A stretch of DNA of 64,000 nt from an uncultured virus (IMG/VR IMGVR_UViG_3300018475_000122) (lineage: Duplodnaviria; Heunggongvirae; Uroviricota; Caudoviricetes): the IMG/VR virus record IMGVR_UViG_3300018475_000122; one strand, written 5' to 3'. This document shows positions 54,986 through 64,000 of the stretch, piece after piece. Position 1 is the first letter of the stretch. Every line of letters begins with the position of its first letter. A model generated the notes under the pieces. The model worked only from the letters and a program-made list of their open reading frames with translations, ran no database searches and had not been told where the DNA came from. Made by a program: the position numbers and the translations under genes.

Positions 54986-56875
54986 ATGTACAAAGTAATC
55001 GACTTAGGCTCCCATGTGCAGGAAACAGGGGAAGCCCGTGTCCAGATGATAGACCCGTCCATGGTCAAAACCGCCTCCACGGAGATCCAGACCTTCTGGG
55101 ACTCGCTCAGCCCATCGCCCGATTTTGCCTACCTCTGGGTCATCGGCGTGTCTGCCGTGGAGTTCTACGGGTGCAACAACAACGGCGACGCCTTCTACGA
55201 AGAAGACCTCAGAAAAACGCATAAGGACTTCGTTTCCAACGCTCACATCTTCCTCCACCACGTGAACAAGGATCCTGCCAAGTCCATCGGCAAGCCCGTG
55301 TACTCCTGGTACAACGAAGATATGCACCGTATCGAGCTTATCCTCGCTGTGGACAAGAACGCCCGTGGCGCAGAAGAGATCGTGTTCAAGATCCAGAACG
55401 GCGAACAGCTCTACGTCTCCATGGGCTGCCGTGTCGCGCACGACGTGTGCTCCATCTGCGGCAACAAAGCCCCTACCCGCGCCCAGTACTGCGACCATCT
55501 GCGCTACAATATGAAGAAGATACTCCCCGACGGTCGTCAGGTCTTCGCCTACAACCCCGACCCGAAGTTCTTCGACATCTCGCTGGTGCGCAAACCGGCC
55601 GACCCAACGGCCTTCGCGCTGGATAAAATGGCTTCCGAAGCAGAAGAACGCTTCCCCTCTATCCTTTCTGCCGAACTCGGCGAACAGGCCGACCTGTTCC
55701 AAGAAAAGATGGCCGCCGTCGATAAAGTGGCCGACATCATCAAGCAGGTGGAAGGCACCGTGGCCGATGCCAAGGCAGAACCCTACGCCAAGAATATCCG
55801 CGTCATCATCTCCCGCGGGTTCGACAGCATGGATTATCCCTCCATGCCCTACGAAGCCTTCGATTCCTTCGGCCTCAGCCCGGCAGGCTTCCTTGCCGCG
55901 CTTTCTCACTGCGGTGCGCCCATGACCCTTGGCGACGCCGCGTGGATAGCGGGCCGCCACTGCCTTGGCCATTCGCCCAGCCCCGAGGAAATGAGCGGCA
56001 TGTTCCACTGCCTTCCCCACGCGTTGGAAGCCCTGCACCGCGCGCCGGAAAACCTGTTCGACATAGCCTCCCACGTGCTTTCCGGCTACGGGGGCGAACT
56101 GGAAAGCCCGCTCACCCGCAAGCTCGTCATCAAAATAGTGCGCCCCGTGGCGCAGGCCCGCATCACCATCATGCGCGGTTTCGATGGGCCAGACATGGAA
56201 AAGACGGGCTCCGCTTTCAACAGGCCCGACAATACCCGCCGCCACTACGGTTCGAGCACCACGGAAAAGGTCGTCAATGCCTTCACGCCACGGTCGGAAA
56301 ACTTCGCCAGTGTGGAATTCACCGATAAGTACGGCCGCACCGTGCGCACTACGCCGTATCACCTCCGTCAGGGTGCTGTGCACGGCGGCATGGACAAGCT
56401 CCTGCGCAAGGGCACCGGCATGACGCTCGCCCTCGGCGCGCTGGCCGCGCTTCTCGCCTCCGGTAACAGCGATCTTCTCAGCCGCATCGGCGCTTCCGCC
56501 CTCCTCGGCATCCCTGCCGCACACCTTCTCTTCCATAAGGACGACAAGGTGCAGTTCAGCCACAGTGGGGACGAAGTTGCCGTGGGTACCCTCAACGACG
56601 CCGTGTACAAGCAGGAAAAGCGCGCCGCCTTCGACTTCAACCCCCGCGAAGCAGGCAAGTACGTCACCCGTGCCCCGCTCATCGGCATGAGCATCCCCGC
56701 CGCTCTTGCGCTCGACTACGCCTACAACCGCTGGAAGTACGGCGACTACGCCGAGCCGCACCTCACCTTCCTTGGCAACATGGCCAACAGCGCCGGGCAC
56801 TTCGTGCACGATAACCCCGTGCTTTCCGCCTTTGCCGGCGCCACGCTGGGCGCTCTGGCTAAAAACAAGCTCTAA
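54986..56875 (+). CDS. Putative prohead maturation protease with Zn finger
   Basis: NNNGD.F, FLHHVN, VSMGC (candidate Ser nucleophile), CSICGN..C.H, FFDIS.V..PAD; upstream of scaffold and capsid. Confidence 0.65.
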   Translation: MYKVIDLGSHVQETGEARVQMIDPSMVKTASTEIQTFWDSLSPSPDFAYLWVIGVSAVEFYGCNNNGDAFYEEDLRKTHKDFVSNAHIFLHHVNKDPAKSIGKPVYSWYNEDMHRIELILAVDKNARGAEEIVFKIQNGEQLYVSMGCRVAHDVCSICGNKAPTRAQYCDHLRYNMKKILPDGRQVFAYNPDPKFFDISLVRKPADPTAFALDKMASEAEERFPSILSAELGEQADLFQEKMAAVDKVADIIKQVEGTVADAKAEPYAKNIRVIISRGFDSMDYPSMPYEAFDSFGLSPAGFLAALSHCGAPMTLGDAAWIAGRHCLGHSPSPEEMSGMFHCLPHALEALHRAPENLFDIASHVLSGYGGELESPLTRKLVIKIVRPVAQARITIMRGFDGPDMEKTGSAFNRPDNTRRHYGSSTTEKVVNAFTPRSENFASVEFTDKYGRTVRTTPYHLRQGAVHGGMDKLLRKGTGMTLALGALAALLASGNSDLLSRIGASALLGIPAAHLLFHKDDKVQFSHSGDEVAVGTLNDAVYKQEKRAAFDFNPREAGKYVTRAPLIGMSIPAALALDYAYNRWKYGDYAEPHLTFLGNMANSAGHFVHDNPVLSAFAGATLGALAKNKL

Positions 56876-56912
56876 GGGAAAGGGGGCAGTGCCAAAGCAC
56901 CGCCCCCTCTTT

Positions 56913-57134
56913 TCAGACCCGCGCCTTTCTGGCTTTCAGCAGCAGCCGCTTCCCCGTGGCCTTGGCCCCTCGTATCACCTGCGTGCGTGCCCTCTTCGTG
57001 TTCGATTTGGTCACGCAGTCAAGCACAATGGAACCAACGCACACAACCGCGCCTAGTACCAGTCGGCACTCGTCTTCATCCCACGTGGTCGGATCCCACC
57101 ACACTTTTCCCTTCTTCAGAATGTAGTCGTACAT
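56913..57134 (-). CDS. Small hypothetical protein inserted antisense in the head cluster
   Basis: GAGG RBS, TGTTATAAG at 57215-57223, hairpin at about 56878-56913. Confidence 0.6.
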   Translation of the reverse strand: MYDYILKKGKVWWDPTTWDEDECRLVLGAVVCVGSIVLDCVTKSNTKRARTQVIRGAKATGKRLLLKARKARV

Positions 57135-57337
57135 GATGCACCTCGCTTTTGATGGTTAATCACAAGCGATTTTTCTTTGTTTGTCTGAAAAGGGCTAAGC
57201 GTATCCGCCAATATCTTATAACACGTATCGGGTTTCTTTTGCGCTGCTCAACATTACGAGCACTACCCGTCAATATTTAGAGATTGATTCAGGCCCAGCC
57301 TGCTCACGCTCATATCAAGTATGGAGGAAGCCGTTTT

Positions 57338-58354
57338 ATGGCTCTCAAGAATAATAACGACGCAATTTCCAGGATCCTCGCTGAGTTCCGGGATGCGAAT
57401 CGCCAGGTGAAGCAGGCGGAAGAAGCCCCTGTTGAACCTGTCGAAGAGGCCCAGGCTCCTGAGGTCATGGAAAGCGAAGAATCCGAAACCTCCACCAGCG
57501 TGGAAGAGGCCGCCGAAGAGTTTTCCGAAGCCTCCGACAACGCCGTGGACGCCGCCAAGGAGCTTCGCGATATCGCCGACAAATACATCGAACAGCACGA
57601 CGAGGCCCTGAAGAAGGAAGCCGCCCTGTTCGGTGAGATCTTTGCCGACGCCTGCATTAACCGTATGCAGGAAAAGGTTGCCGCCGATGCTCTGGCCGAC
57701 AGCCTCGTTTCCCTTTTCGGCGAATCGCATGACATCGCCATGCAGAAGATCGCCGCCCATCAGGAAGCGGAACAGCAGGCCGTTGCCGAGGCCCTCTTTA
57801 CCGAAGCCTACGGCATGACTCTGCAGAAGATCGCCAACGACCTCGAAGTGCTCAAGCAGCTTGCCGCCCAGCAGGCCGTTGAGCCTGAAGCCCCTGTTGA
57901 AGAAGCTCCCCTCGAAGCTGCTCCTGAAGACGTTCCTGCCGAAGCCCCTGTGGAAGAGGCTGTGGCCGCACTCGAAGATGCCGCTGCCGAAGCCGCCGCT
58001 GAAGCCCCTGTCGAAGAAGCTCCTCTCGAAGCTCCCGCCCCAGAGGCCAGCCCCGCCGCCGAAGCCGTCGTGTCCGTAGCCAAGGCTGTGGAAACCGTGG
58101 CCGAAGCCGCCGAAGCTCTGGTGAAGAAGGAAGAGGCCCCCGTCGAAGCTCCTGTTGAAGAAGCTCCCGTGGAGGAACCCGCCGCCGAAGCAGCCCCCGA
58201 GGAACTCCCTGCCGAGCCTGCCCCCGCCGCTGAAGAAGATGTGCCTGCCGAAGCTCCCGTGAGCATTGAAGACATCATTCAGAACGCCTACGGCGAAACC
58301 CTCGCCCAGATCCAGGCCGCACAGGCTGCTCAGGCCGCTGAAGAAGGTATGTGA
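57338..58354 (+). CDS. Putative scaffold protein, Ala/Glu/Pro-rich
   Basis: EAPVEE repeats; GGAGG RBS; between protease and capsid. Confidence 0.7.
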   Translation: MALKNNNDAISRILAEFRDANRQVKQAEEAPVEPVEEAQAPEVMESEESETSTSVEEAAEEFSEASDNAVDAAKELRDIADKYIEQHDEALKKEAALFGEIFADACINRMQEKVAADALADSLVSLFGESHDIAMQKIAAHQEAEQQAVAEALFTEAYGMTLQKIANDLEVLKQLAAQQAVEPEAPVEEAPLEAAPEDVPAEAPVEEAVAALEDAAAEAAAEAPVEEAPLEAPAPEASPAAEAVVSVAKAVETVAEAAEALVKKEEAPVEAPVEEAPVEEPAAEAAPEELPAEPAPAAEEDVPAEAPVSIEDIIQNAYGETLAQIQAAQAAQAAEEGM

Positions 58355-58359
58355 TCCTC

Positions 58360-58512
58360 ATGCGCGACGAGCATAAAAAAGCCCTCAAAAGCGTTCTCAG
58401 GGAAACAGCCGAGGCCTTTCGCTCCATCGCTTCCATTCAGAAGACGGCCTCAGAACAGGCGCCACGGTACGTCATCAACCTCAAAGAATTTTCACGGTTG
58501 GTAAACAAGTGA
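58360..58512 (+). CDS. 50-aa peptide (not in ORF track)
   Basis: MRDEHKK...QKTASEQ...LVNK. Confidence 0.55.
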   Translation: MRDEHKKALKSVLRETAEAFRSIASIQKTASEQAPRYVINLKEFSRLVNK

Positions 58513-58652
58513 GCACTACTTCCGAAACATTGAGAAAACTGGCTTCCCAGGTCCGCGAAGCGGCAGAAAAGAAGCCCGCTCAGGCTCCGGTGCAGGAAAT
58601 CGACCTGCAGAAGCTCGCTTCGTTCCTGGCGTTTTACGGAGAACGCAAATGA
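58509..58652 (+). CDS. 47-aa peptide (not in ORF track)
   Basis: GTGA and ATGA overlaps; RKLAS and QKLAS motifs. Confidence 0.55.
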   Translation: MSTTSETLRKLASQVREAAEKKPAQAPVQEIDLQKLASFLAFYGERK

Positions 58653-58873
58653 CCAAGAAAAATAACGCTGCCAGCTCACAGGAAGCCCTGCTTCTGAAGG
58701 TAGCTGCCAGTTTGGATAACCTGGCTGATGCACTGGAGCAGGAAGAGGCCCGTGAACAGGAGCTTCTGCAGAAGCGTGCCAGCGCAGTCGCCAGAGAGTT
58801 CGACTACGGAACCGTGGGCAGCAGCCACGCTGCCAACGCCTTCGACCCTCTGACGAGTTTCATCCTCAAGTAA
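58649..58873 (+). CDS. Small head-associated protein
   Basis: 74 aa; KVAA, KRAS; ends DPLTSFILK. Confidence 0.7.
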   Translation: MTKKNNAASSQEALLLKVAASLDNLADALEQEEAREQELLQKRASAVAREFDYGTVGSSHAANAFDPLTSFILK

Positions 58874-58888
58874 CACAAGGAATTCACT

Positions 58889-59278
58889 ATGTCCTATAAT
58901 ATTCGCAAAGGCTGGCCCTGCCATGGTGCTCTCGATGAGAACCTGATGCCTGCCGACGCTGCTGCCTTCAAGGAAGGCATCATCGTGGCCCTCAATGCCG
59001 ATGGCAAGGTCGAAGTGGCCGACGCCATCGCCGCCGACGGCCCCATGTGCGGCTTCAACATCGGTGTCGAAAAGGTCACCGGTGCTGTCACCACCCTGAT
59101 GAACGACTGCATCATCGACATGGACGCTGAACACTACGTTGCCGGCACCTACGCCCCCAACGACAATCTCAGCGCTTCTGCCGGTCTGTTCGGCCCTGCT
59201 GGCGGCAACAAGGTTCTCGCCCGCGTCATTTCCTTCAAAGACGGTATCCTCCGCGTCAAGTGGTTCTCTGCGAACTAA
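58889..59278 (+). CDS. Putative capsid decoration/cement protein
   Basis: 129 aa, beta-rich, directly upstream of the capsid gene. Confidence 0.6.
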   Translation: MSYNIRKGWPCHGALDENLMPADAAAFKEGIIVALNADGKVEVADAIAADGPMCGFNIGVEKVTGAVTTLMNDCIIDMDAEHYVAGTYAPNDNLSASAGLFGPAGGNKVLARVISFKDGILRVKWFSAN

Positions 59279-59292
59279 GGTAGGTTACAGAT

Positions 59293-60207
59293 ATGTACGA
59301 TACCCCCAATGTGAGCATTGAACTGCTCAACTCCGGTTTCTGCGATAAGGTCTTCGGCGGCCAGCTGAAGGAAGCCATGGAAAGCGGCTCTGCCTACATC
59401 CGCACCCAGCTCTATGAAGATGGCATCCTCCGCCGCCTCTTCACCTCCCGCACCGTCGGTGCCGAAGAACTGGATCCCGTCCTCGAAGACGATATCCCCT
59501 CCATCATCTGCGAAATCGAACCCGGTGCCACCAAGGCTACCTTCGTGTCCTTCAAGGGTACCGGCGATCATCGCTACTTCACCGGCAAGCGCTACCGCAT
59601 CCCCTTCGGCAAGATCGAGTCCGAAACCATGCACAAGAGCCGCTTCGAACTGATGTCCATCCGTATGCCCATCACCGATTGGCTGAAGGAAAACCAGGTC
59701 AAGGCTCTCCAGCAGGAAGAAGACTCCGCCTTCATCAATGTCGTCAACGACATCCTCGCCACCACCACCGACGAGCAGAGCTACACCGTCACCTACACTG
59801 GCGGCGAATCCTTCAAGGACGTGTTCACCGCTGGTATGAAGGGCCTCAACAAGCTCCGCCTGCCTCACGGTAAGGTGCTCATGCACAAGAACACCTACCT
59901 CGACTCCCTGAAGCTGAAGACTGACGAAATCGGCTTCCGTCCTCAGGAAGACCGCTTCGCTCGCGGCGTGGACGGTGAAGATTCCTTCATGGGCCTGCCT
60001 GTGGTCACCACCATCAAGGACGACCTGGTGAAGGAAGGCGAAATCTACTTCTTCACCCAGCAGGACTACTTCCTGCAGTACTACCTCCTGCAGGACGCCA
60101 CCCTGTTCATGAAGACCGAAAAGGACATGATCGAGTTCTCCACCTACATGGCTCCCGGTGTCGGCATCGGCAACACCAAGGGCGTGGTCAAGGTCTCCAT
60201 CGCGTAA
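59293..60207 (+). CDS. Putative major capsid protein
   Basis: 304 aa, strongly biased codons, position after protease/scaffold/decoration; ends GVGIGN.KGV. Confidence 0.7.
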   Translation: MYDTPNVSIELLNSGFCDKVFGGQLKEAMESGSAYIRTQLYEDGILRRLFTSRTVGAEELDPVLEDDIPSIICEIEPGATKATFVSFKGTGDHRYFTGKRYRIPFGKIESETMHKSRFELMSIRMPITDWLKENQVKALQQEEDSAFINVVNDILATTTDEQSYTVTYTGGESFKDVFTAGMKGLNKLRLPHGKVLMHKNTYLDSLKLKTDEIGFRPQEDRFARGVDGEDSFMGLPVVTTIKDDLVKEGEIYFFTQQDYFLQYYLLQDATLFMKTEKDMIEFSTYMAPGVGIGNTKGVVKVSIA

Positions 60208-60291
60208 CCTTCCGGTTTCGGTAACGAATATGCGGGCCGATACGATATGCAAGTGTCGTGTCGGCCCGTTTTCCTTCCTAAGGAGAAAGCA

Positions 60292-60582
60292 ATGTACATC
60301 AATCTCACCAAAACTACCGTCCGCGTGGGCCGCCTTTCCGTTCTCCCCGGTGAAAAGGTGCCTGCCGTGCACCTCACCGCTGCCGAACAGGCCGCCATCG
60401 ACTACCTCGTGGCTAAAAAGGTCCTTGCCGTGAAGGGTGCGCCCGAGCCTGCCCCCGCTCCTGCTCCCGTCCCTGTGGAAGTCCCTGCCCCCGTCGTGGA
60501 TGAAGAAAAGCCAGCTGAAGAACCTGCCCCTGCCGAAGAACCCGTGCAGCGCCCCCGCAAGAACCGTAAGTCCGCCGAGTAA
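60292..60582 (+). CDS. Small Pro/Ala-rich protein
   Basis: Start MYINLT, AAGGAG RBS. Confidence 0.7.
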   Translation: MYINLTKTTVRVGRLSVLPGEKVPAVHLTAAEQAAIDYLVAKKVLAVKGAPEPAPAPAPVPVEVPAPVVDEEKPAEEPAPAEEPVQRPRKNRKSAE

Positions 60583-60585
60583 GCC

Positions 60586-61032
60586 ATGTCACTGAGCACT
60601 GAGGAAATACGCCACTACGTCAAGGACAAGCCGCTCCTCAATATCCTTCTCGAAGGGAATTATCAGTCGTGCGATGAACTCATTGCTCTGGCTAAAAAGC
60701 TGGCCATCGGCGACTTCAACATCATCCCCCCTGTCACGCAGTACGTGGAAGAAAACTTCCCGTCCGACACCATCATGCTCTACGGCATCCTGCACCATCT
60801 GGCCAACAGCGAGGCGGAACGCCAGCTCAGAAACCAGATCACCTACAACGCGCAGGGCCTCAATGCCGGCATAGACGACAAGCACCCCCAGTACCTCCAG
60901 CTTGCGCAGTACTACAAGGGCCTTTTCGACCAGGGCATCACGTCCTACAAGCAGTCCCTCAACCTCGAAAAGGCGTGGGGCGGCAGCTTCTCCCCGTACG
61001 CAGGTATCAACACGTATCAGTACAGGCAGTAA
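60586..61032 (+). CDS. Putative neck/adaptor protein
   Basis: 148 aa helical protein following the capsid gene. Confidence 0.55.
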   Translation: MSLSTEEIRHYVKDKPLLNILLEGNYQSCDELIALAKKLAIGDFNIIPPVTQYVEENFPSDTIMLYGILHHLANSEAERQLRNQITYNAQGLNAGIDDKHPQYLQLAQYYKGLFDQGITSYKQSLNLEKAWGGSFSPYAGINTYQYRQ

Positions 61033-61037
61033 CACTC

Positions 61038-61595
61038 ATGGCAGCAGAACTTTTCTACGGGCCCGAACGCCCTCGCGAAAGCTACGAATACGATAAGTTC
61101 TCTACGCCTGAATACCTCACCGGCCACGCGCGCAAGATACTGTTAGACCTTGTGCGCGTGGCCCGGATGTATAACGGGCGCCTCATCCACATCTTCGCAC
61201 CAGAACCTTCCGAGCGCTGCCCCGACTGCACCAACCTGCTCACCGGCGAACGCCTGCGCACCATCTGCCCCGCCTGCCACGGCACGGGCTTCGTAAACGG
61301 CTACAAAAAGGTGGGTAGGTTCTGGAGCCTTGTCGACTTCGGCCCGGGCTACCGCATTGGCACCGATTTCGGCAATACCGAAAACCCCAACGGTACCAAG
61401 GAATCCGTCATCATCTTAGGCGCTCCCCTGCTGTTCGACGGCACCGTGTTCTTCTACGACGAAACCAAGGAATGCGCGAAGATCTACAATGTGGAACCTC
61501 ACATCGTGGCCATGCGCGGCTCCGTCATCGCGCAGATAGCGCAGGTGTCGCGCATCACTCCCGGAAGCGAAGAATACAAGCTCATAGACTGGTAA
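61038..61595 (+). CDS. Putative head-closure protein with Zn finger
   Basis: RCPDC...CPACHGTGF..GY. Confidence 0.55.
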   Translation: MAAELFYGPERPRESYEYDKFSTPEYLTGHARKILLDLVRVARMYNGRLIHIFAPEPSERCPDCTNLLTGERLRTICPACHGTGFVNGYKKVGRFWSLVDFGPGYRIGTDFGNTENPNGTKESVIILGAPLLFDGTVFFYDETKECAKIYNVEPHIVAMRGSVIAQIAQVSRITPGSEEYKLIDW

Positions 61596-61598
61596 GCC

Positions 61599-62213
61599 AT
61601 GAAACAGGAAGACATCCTCCCGCGCGGCAGTTCGCTCATCCCCTACGGTTCGCCGCTCCATGTTACCGAGCTGGTCCTGCTCATGCTCAAGCAGACCTTC
61701 GCCGAATTTCCCGAAGACTATCCCTACCGCTTCGTGCCCGGCAACTTCGAAGCGTCGGGCATAGCCTTCGATGTGCCGTACAATAAAGATTCCGAGATCT
61801 TCGGTAAAAAGCCCATCATCGTGGTGTCCCGCGGCGCACAGTCCACCGCGCCCGTAGCCATCAGCGACCGTGCCTCGCAGGACTACAAAACCCGCGACAA
61901 GGTAGGCTCCACCCTTATCCGAAGCTCCGTCAACGTGCGCATCACCAGCAAGGCCAAGGCCGAGGTGGAAGTGCTCTCCCAGCTGGTGTTCCACCTGCTC
62001 ATGTACTTCCGCGTGCATCTGCCGCGCTACCTTGGCGTGCACATGGCATCCGACGTCATGCTGTCCGAAGTACGGCAGATGGAAGACGACGATGAGGTAT
62101 TCACCACCGAACTCACCTGCTCCTACACCACCCAGCCCAAGTGGGACGATAAGAACCTGCTGGAAGCACCGCTGCTCAGAACCGTGCAGACGCACTTCAC
62201 CTACAGGCGCTAA
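61599..62213 (+). CDS. Putative tail completion/terminator protein
   Basis: KPIIVVSRG; directly before the sheath gene. Confidence 0.55.
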   Translation: MKQEDILPRGSSLIPYGSPLHVTELVLLMLKQTFAEFPEDYPYRFVPGNFEASGIAFDVPYNKDSEIFGKKPIIVVSRGAQSTAPVAISDRASQDYKTRDKVGSTLIRSSVNVRITSKAKAEVEVLSQLVFHLLMYFRVHLPRYLGVHMASDVMLSEVRQMEDDDEVFTTELTCSYTTQPKWDDKNLLEAPLLRTVQTHFTYRR

Positions 62214-62302
62214 CCTGAATACCCGCATACGCCATGGGCAATATTTGAAAGATTTGGGAAGTCCCTTTCTTTTCAATTTTTCAAAACCATGGTGAGTGAA
62301 AA

Positions 62303-64000
62303 ATGACCTATGTGAAACCTATGGCGCTGGTGTACCAGGAATACGCCGCCACCTCGCAGTCCTCTGTGAGTGCCGAGCTCCCCGCCTGCATCATCGGCCC
62401 ATGCTATAATATCGTCGACTGCGTTGAAGACGAAGTCCTCGCCCTCGCCGGTCAGTATTCGTCTTCCGGCCTCAGCGGCGCTGCTTTCCCCAGCAACGCT
62501 CCTGGTGCCCTCATTGAGAAGGAATCCGTCAAGTTCCGCCTCAAGAACGCTTTCGTGGAATACGCCGAAGGCCTTATGCTCGATGGCGTCGCTGCTGGCA
62601 GTACTGCCAAGGTGGTCGAAGGCCTCCTGCCCTCCGGTGTCGAGATCGGCGATTACGCCGTGTTCTTCGCCGAAGGCTCTGCCGAACCCCTTTCCGACAA
62701 GGAATACCGCGTCATCGGCGTCAATGAAGCCGAAAGCACCGTCGTGCTCAATCGCTCCATCCCTGCTGGTGCCCAGTTCATGAACATCCGCCGCAAGGTC
62801 GAAGAAATGTTCGTGGAAGCGGACTCTCAGTTCGTCTCTCTCGATGTTTCTTCCGAAAAGTTCGACCTTCTCGGCGTCACCTGTGACGTGAACGGCAAGG
62901 CCTGCCCTGTCGTTTCCGCCGAGCTGTACGTGGGCTACCGCTCCCTGCGTCAGGACCTGTCCAGCGTTGGCACCCTGTACAGCGTGGACGAAGTGGAAGG
63001 CACCCTTGGCAAGATCGTGCCCGAAAACCCTCTGGCTTTCGGCATGAACATCGCTCTGGCCAACTCTAGCAACGTGGGCATCAAGTACATCGGCGTGGAT
63101 TCCGATGACCTCGTCGGCTACACCGCCGCCAAGGACCGCCTTGAAAACGAAGACGTGGTGTACGGCCTTGCTCCCCTTACTACCGAGGTGGCCGTTCTCA
63201 GCATGTTCAAGCAGCACTGCATCGCCATGAGCCAGCCCGAAGTCGGCATGTGGCGCATCTGCGTGGGCTGCGGCGAACTGCAGACCAAGACCACTGTTTC
63301 CGAAGGCTTCGGCAAGGTCTCTGCCGATGGCGACGGCGACCTGTGCGTGTTCACCGCCACCAGCGACGAAGTGACCTTCATGTCCTCTTCCGTCGATGCT
63401 GGCGACGTGCTCGTGCTTACCGATGCCGAAGGCGCCCAGCACAAGTACGTGGTGGCCAGCGTGGTGGCTGAAGACATCCTTACTGTCACCCAGAATTCCG
63501 CCTTCGATCCTGCCCTGTTCAACGCCGAAGGCGAGTACGCCTTTACCGTGGAACACGAAATGGACAAGACCGATCAGGCCGAAGCCATTGCCGGTGTTTC
63601 CGAATCCTACGGTTCCAGCCGCTACATCAATGTCTGGCCCGATGTCTGTGTTGTCGAAGGCCGCGAGCTCCCCGGCTACTATCTGGCCTGCGCCGTCGTT
63701 GCCGGCTGTGCCAGCCTTGCCCCGCACTACGGCTTCACCCGCCTGTCCATGGCCGGCATCTCTGGTCTGAAGCACTCCAACGACTACTTCAACCAGGAAC
63801 AGCTCGATACCATCGCCTCCGGCGGTACCTTCATCTTCGTGCAGAACTCCGAAGGTGCGGCTCCCTACGTTCGTCACCAGCTGACCACCGACCGCTCCAC
63901 CATCGAGTTCCAGGAACTCTCCTTCGTCAAGAACTTCGACTACGTGTGCTACATCCTGCGCGACGTGCTCGACCAGTTCATCGGCAAGTGGAACATCACC
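62303..64000 (+). CDS. Tail sheath protein, partial (runs off window end)
   Basis: ATG 62303 (MTYVKPMALVYQEY...PACIIGP); C-terminal PGYYLAC, VRHQLTTD..EFQELSFVKNFDY; CAATATTT at 62239. Confidence 0.75.
   Translation, partial: MTYVKPMALVYQEYAATSQSSVSAELPACIIGPCYNIVDCVEDEVLALAGQYSSSGLSGAAFPSNAPGALIEKESVKFRLKNAFVEYAEGLMLDGVAAGSTAKVVEGLLPSGVEIGDYAVFFAEGSAEPLSDKEYRVIGVNEAESTVVLNRSIPAGAQFMNIRRKVEEMFVEADSQFVSLDVSSEKFDLLGVTCDVNGKACPVVSAELYVGYRSLRQDLSSVGTLYSVDEVEGTLGKIVPENPLAFGMNIALANSSNVGIKYIGVDSDDLVGYTAAKDRLENEDVVYGLAPLTTEVAVLSMFKQHCIAMSQPEVGMWRICVGCGELQTKTTVSEGFGKVSADGDGDLCVFTATSDEVTFMSSSVDAGDVLVLTDAEGAQHKYVVASVVAEDILTVTQNSAFDPALFNAEGEYAFTVEHEMDKTDQAEAIAGVSESYGSSRYINVWPDVCVVEGRELPGYYLACAVVAGCASLAPHYGFTRLSMAGISGLKHSNDYFNQEQLDTIASGGTFIFVQNSEGAAPYVRHQLTTDRSTIEFQELSFVKNFDYVCYILRDVLDQFIGKWNIT

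Noticed and set aside
50298..63877. Long minus-strand ORFs (50298..52418, 55004..56809, 59275..60372, 62273..63877)
   Set aside because: Shadows of plus-strand structural genes.

Overview
A 64 kb piece of a large (jumbo-type) myovirus genome; no host housekeeping context is visible. Minus-strand blocks of small early-type genes, most preceded by TGTTATAAG, alternate with plus-strand virion/late blocks preceded by CAATATTT. Left to right: (1) an array of about 14 small glycine-rich ORFs plus a DUF6948-like gene and an RNase H-like gene; (2) upstream of these on the same strand, an apparently complete ubiquitin-like conjugation cassette (Ubl with a C-terminal extension, unknown 443-aa protein, E2-like, JAB/JAMM peptidase, E1/ThiF); (3) a non-coding region with a 148-bp inverted repeat and iteron-like 12-mers (candidate origin); (4) a split RNA polymerase beta' C-terminal subunit and glycine-zipper proteins that share an N-terminal leader and K-x-A motifs; (5) a ~1.1 kb hairpin-dense candidate ncRNA; (6) early paralogue arrays, small membrane peptides and GroES; (7) tail-fibre genes with a complete diversity-generating retroelement (VR, hairpin, Avd, TR, RT; 21 TR/VR mismatches, all at TR adenines); (8) NAD-dependent ligase, RtcB, HNH, an orphan CptN-like toxin, lysis genes and dCMP deaminase; (9) head genes (protease, scaffold, capsid), neck genes and the start of the tail sheath. 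The strongest candidate for a little-described system is the phage-encoded Ubl-E2-JAB-E1 cassette with its glycine-rich array. All family calls come from motifs read by eye; no searches were run.
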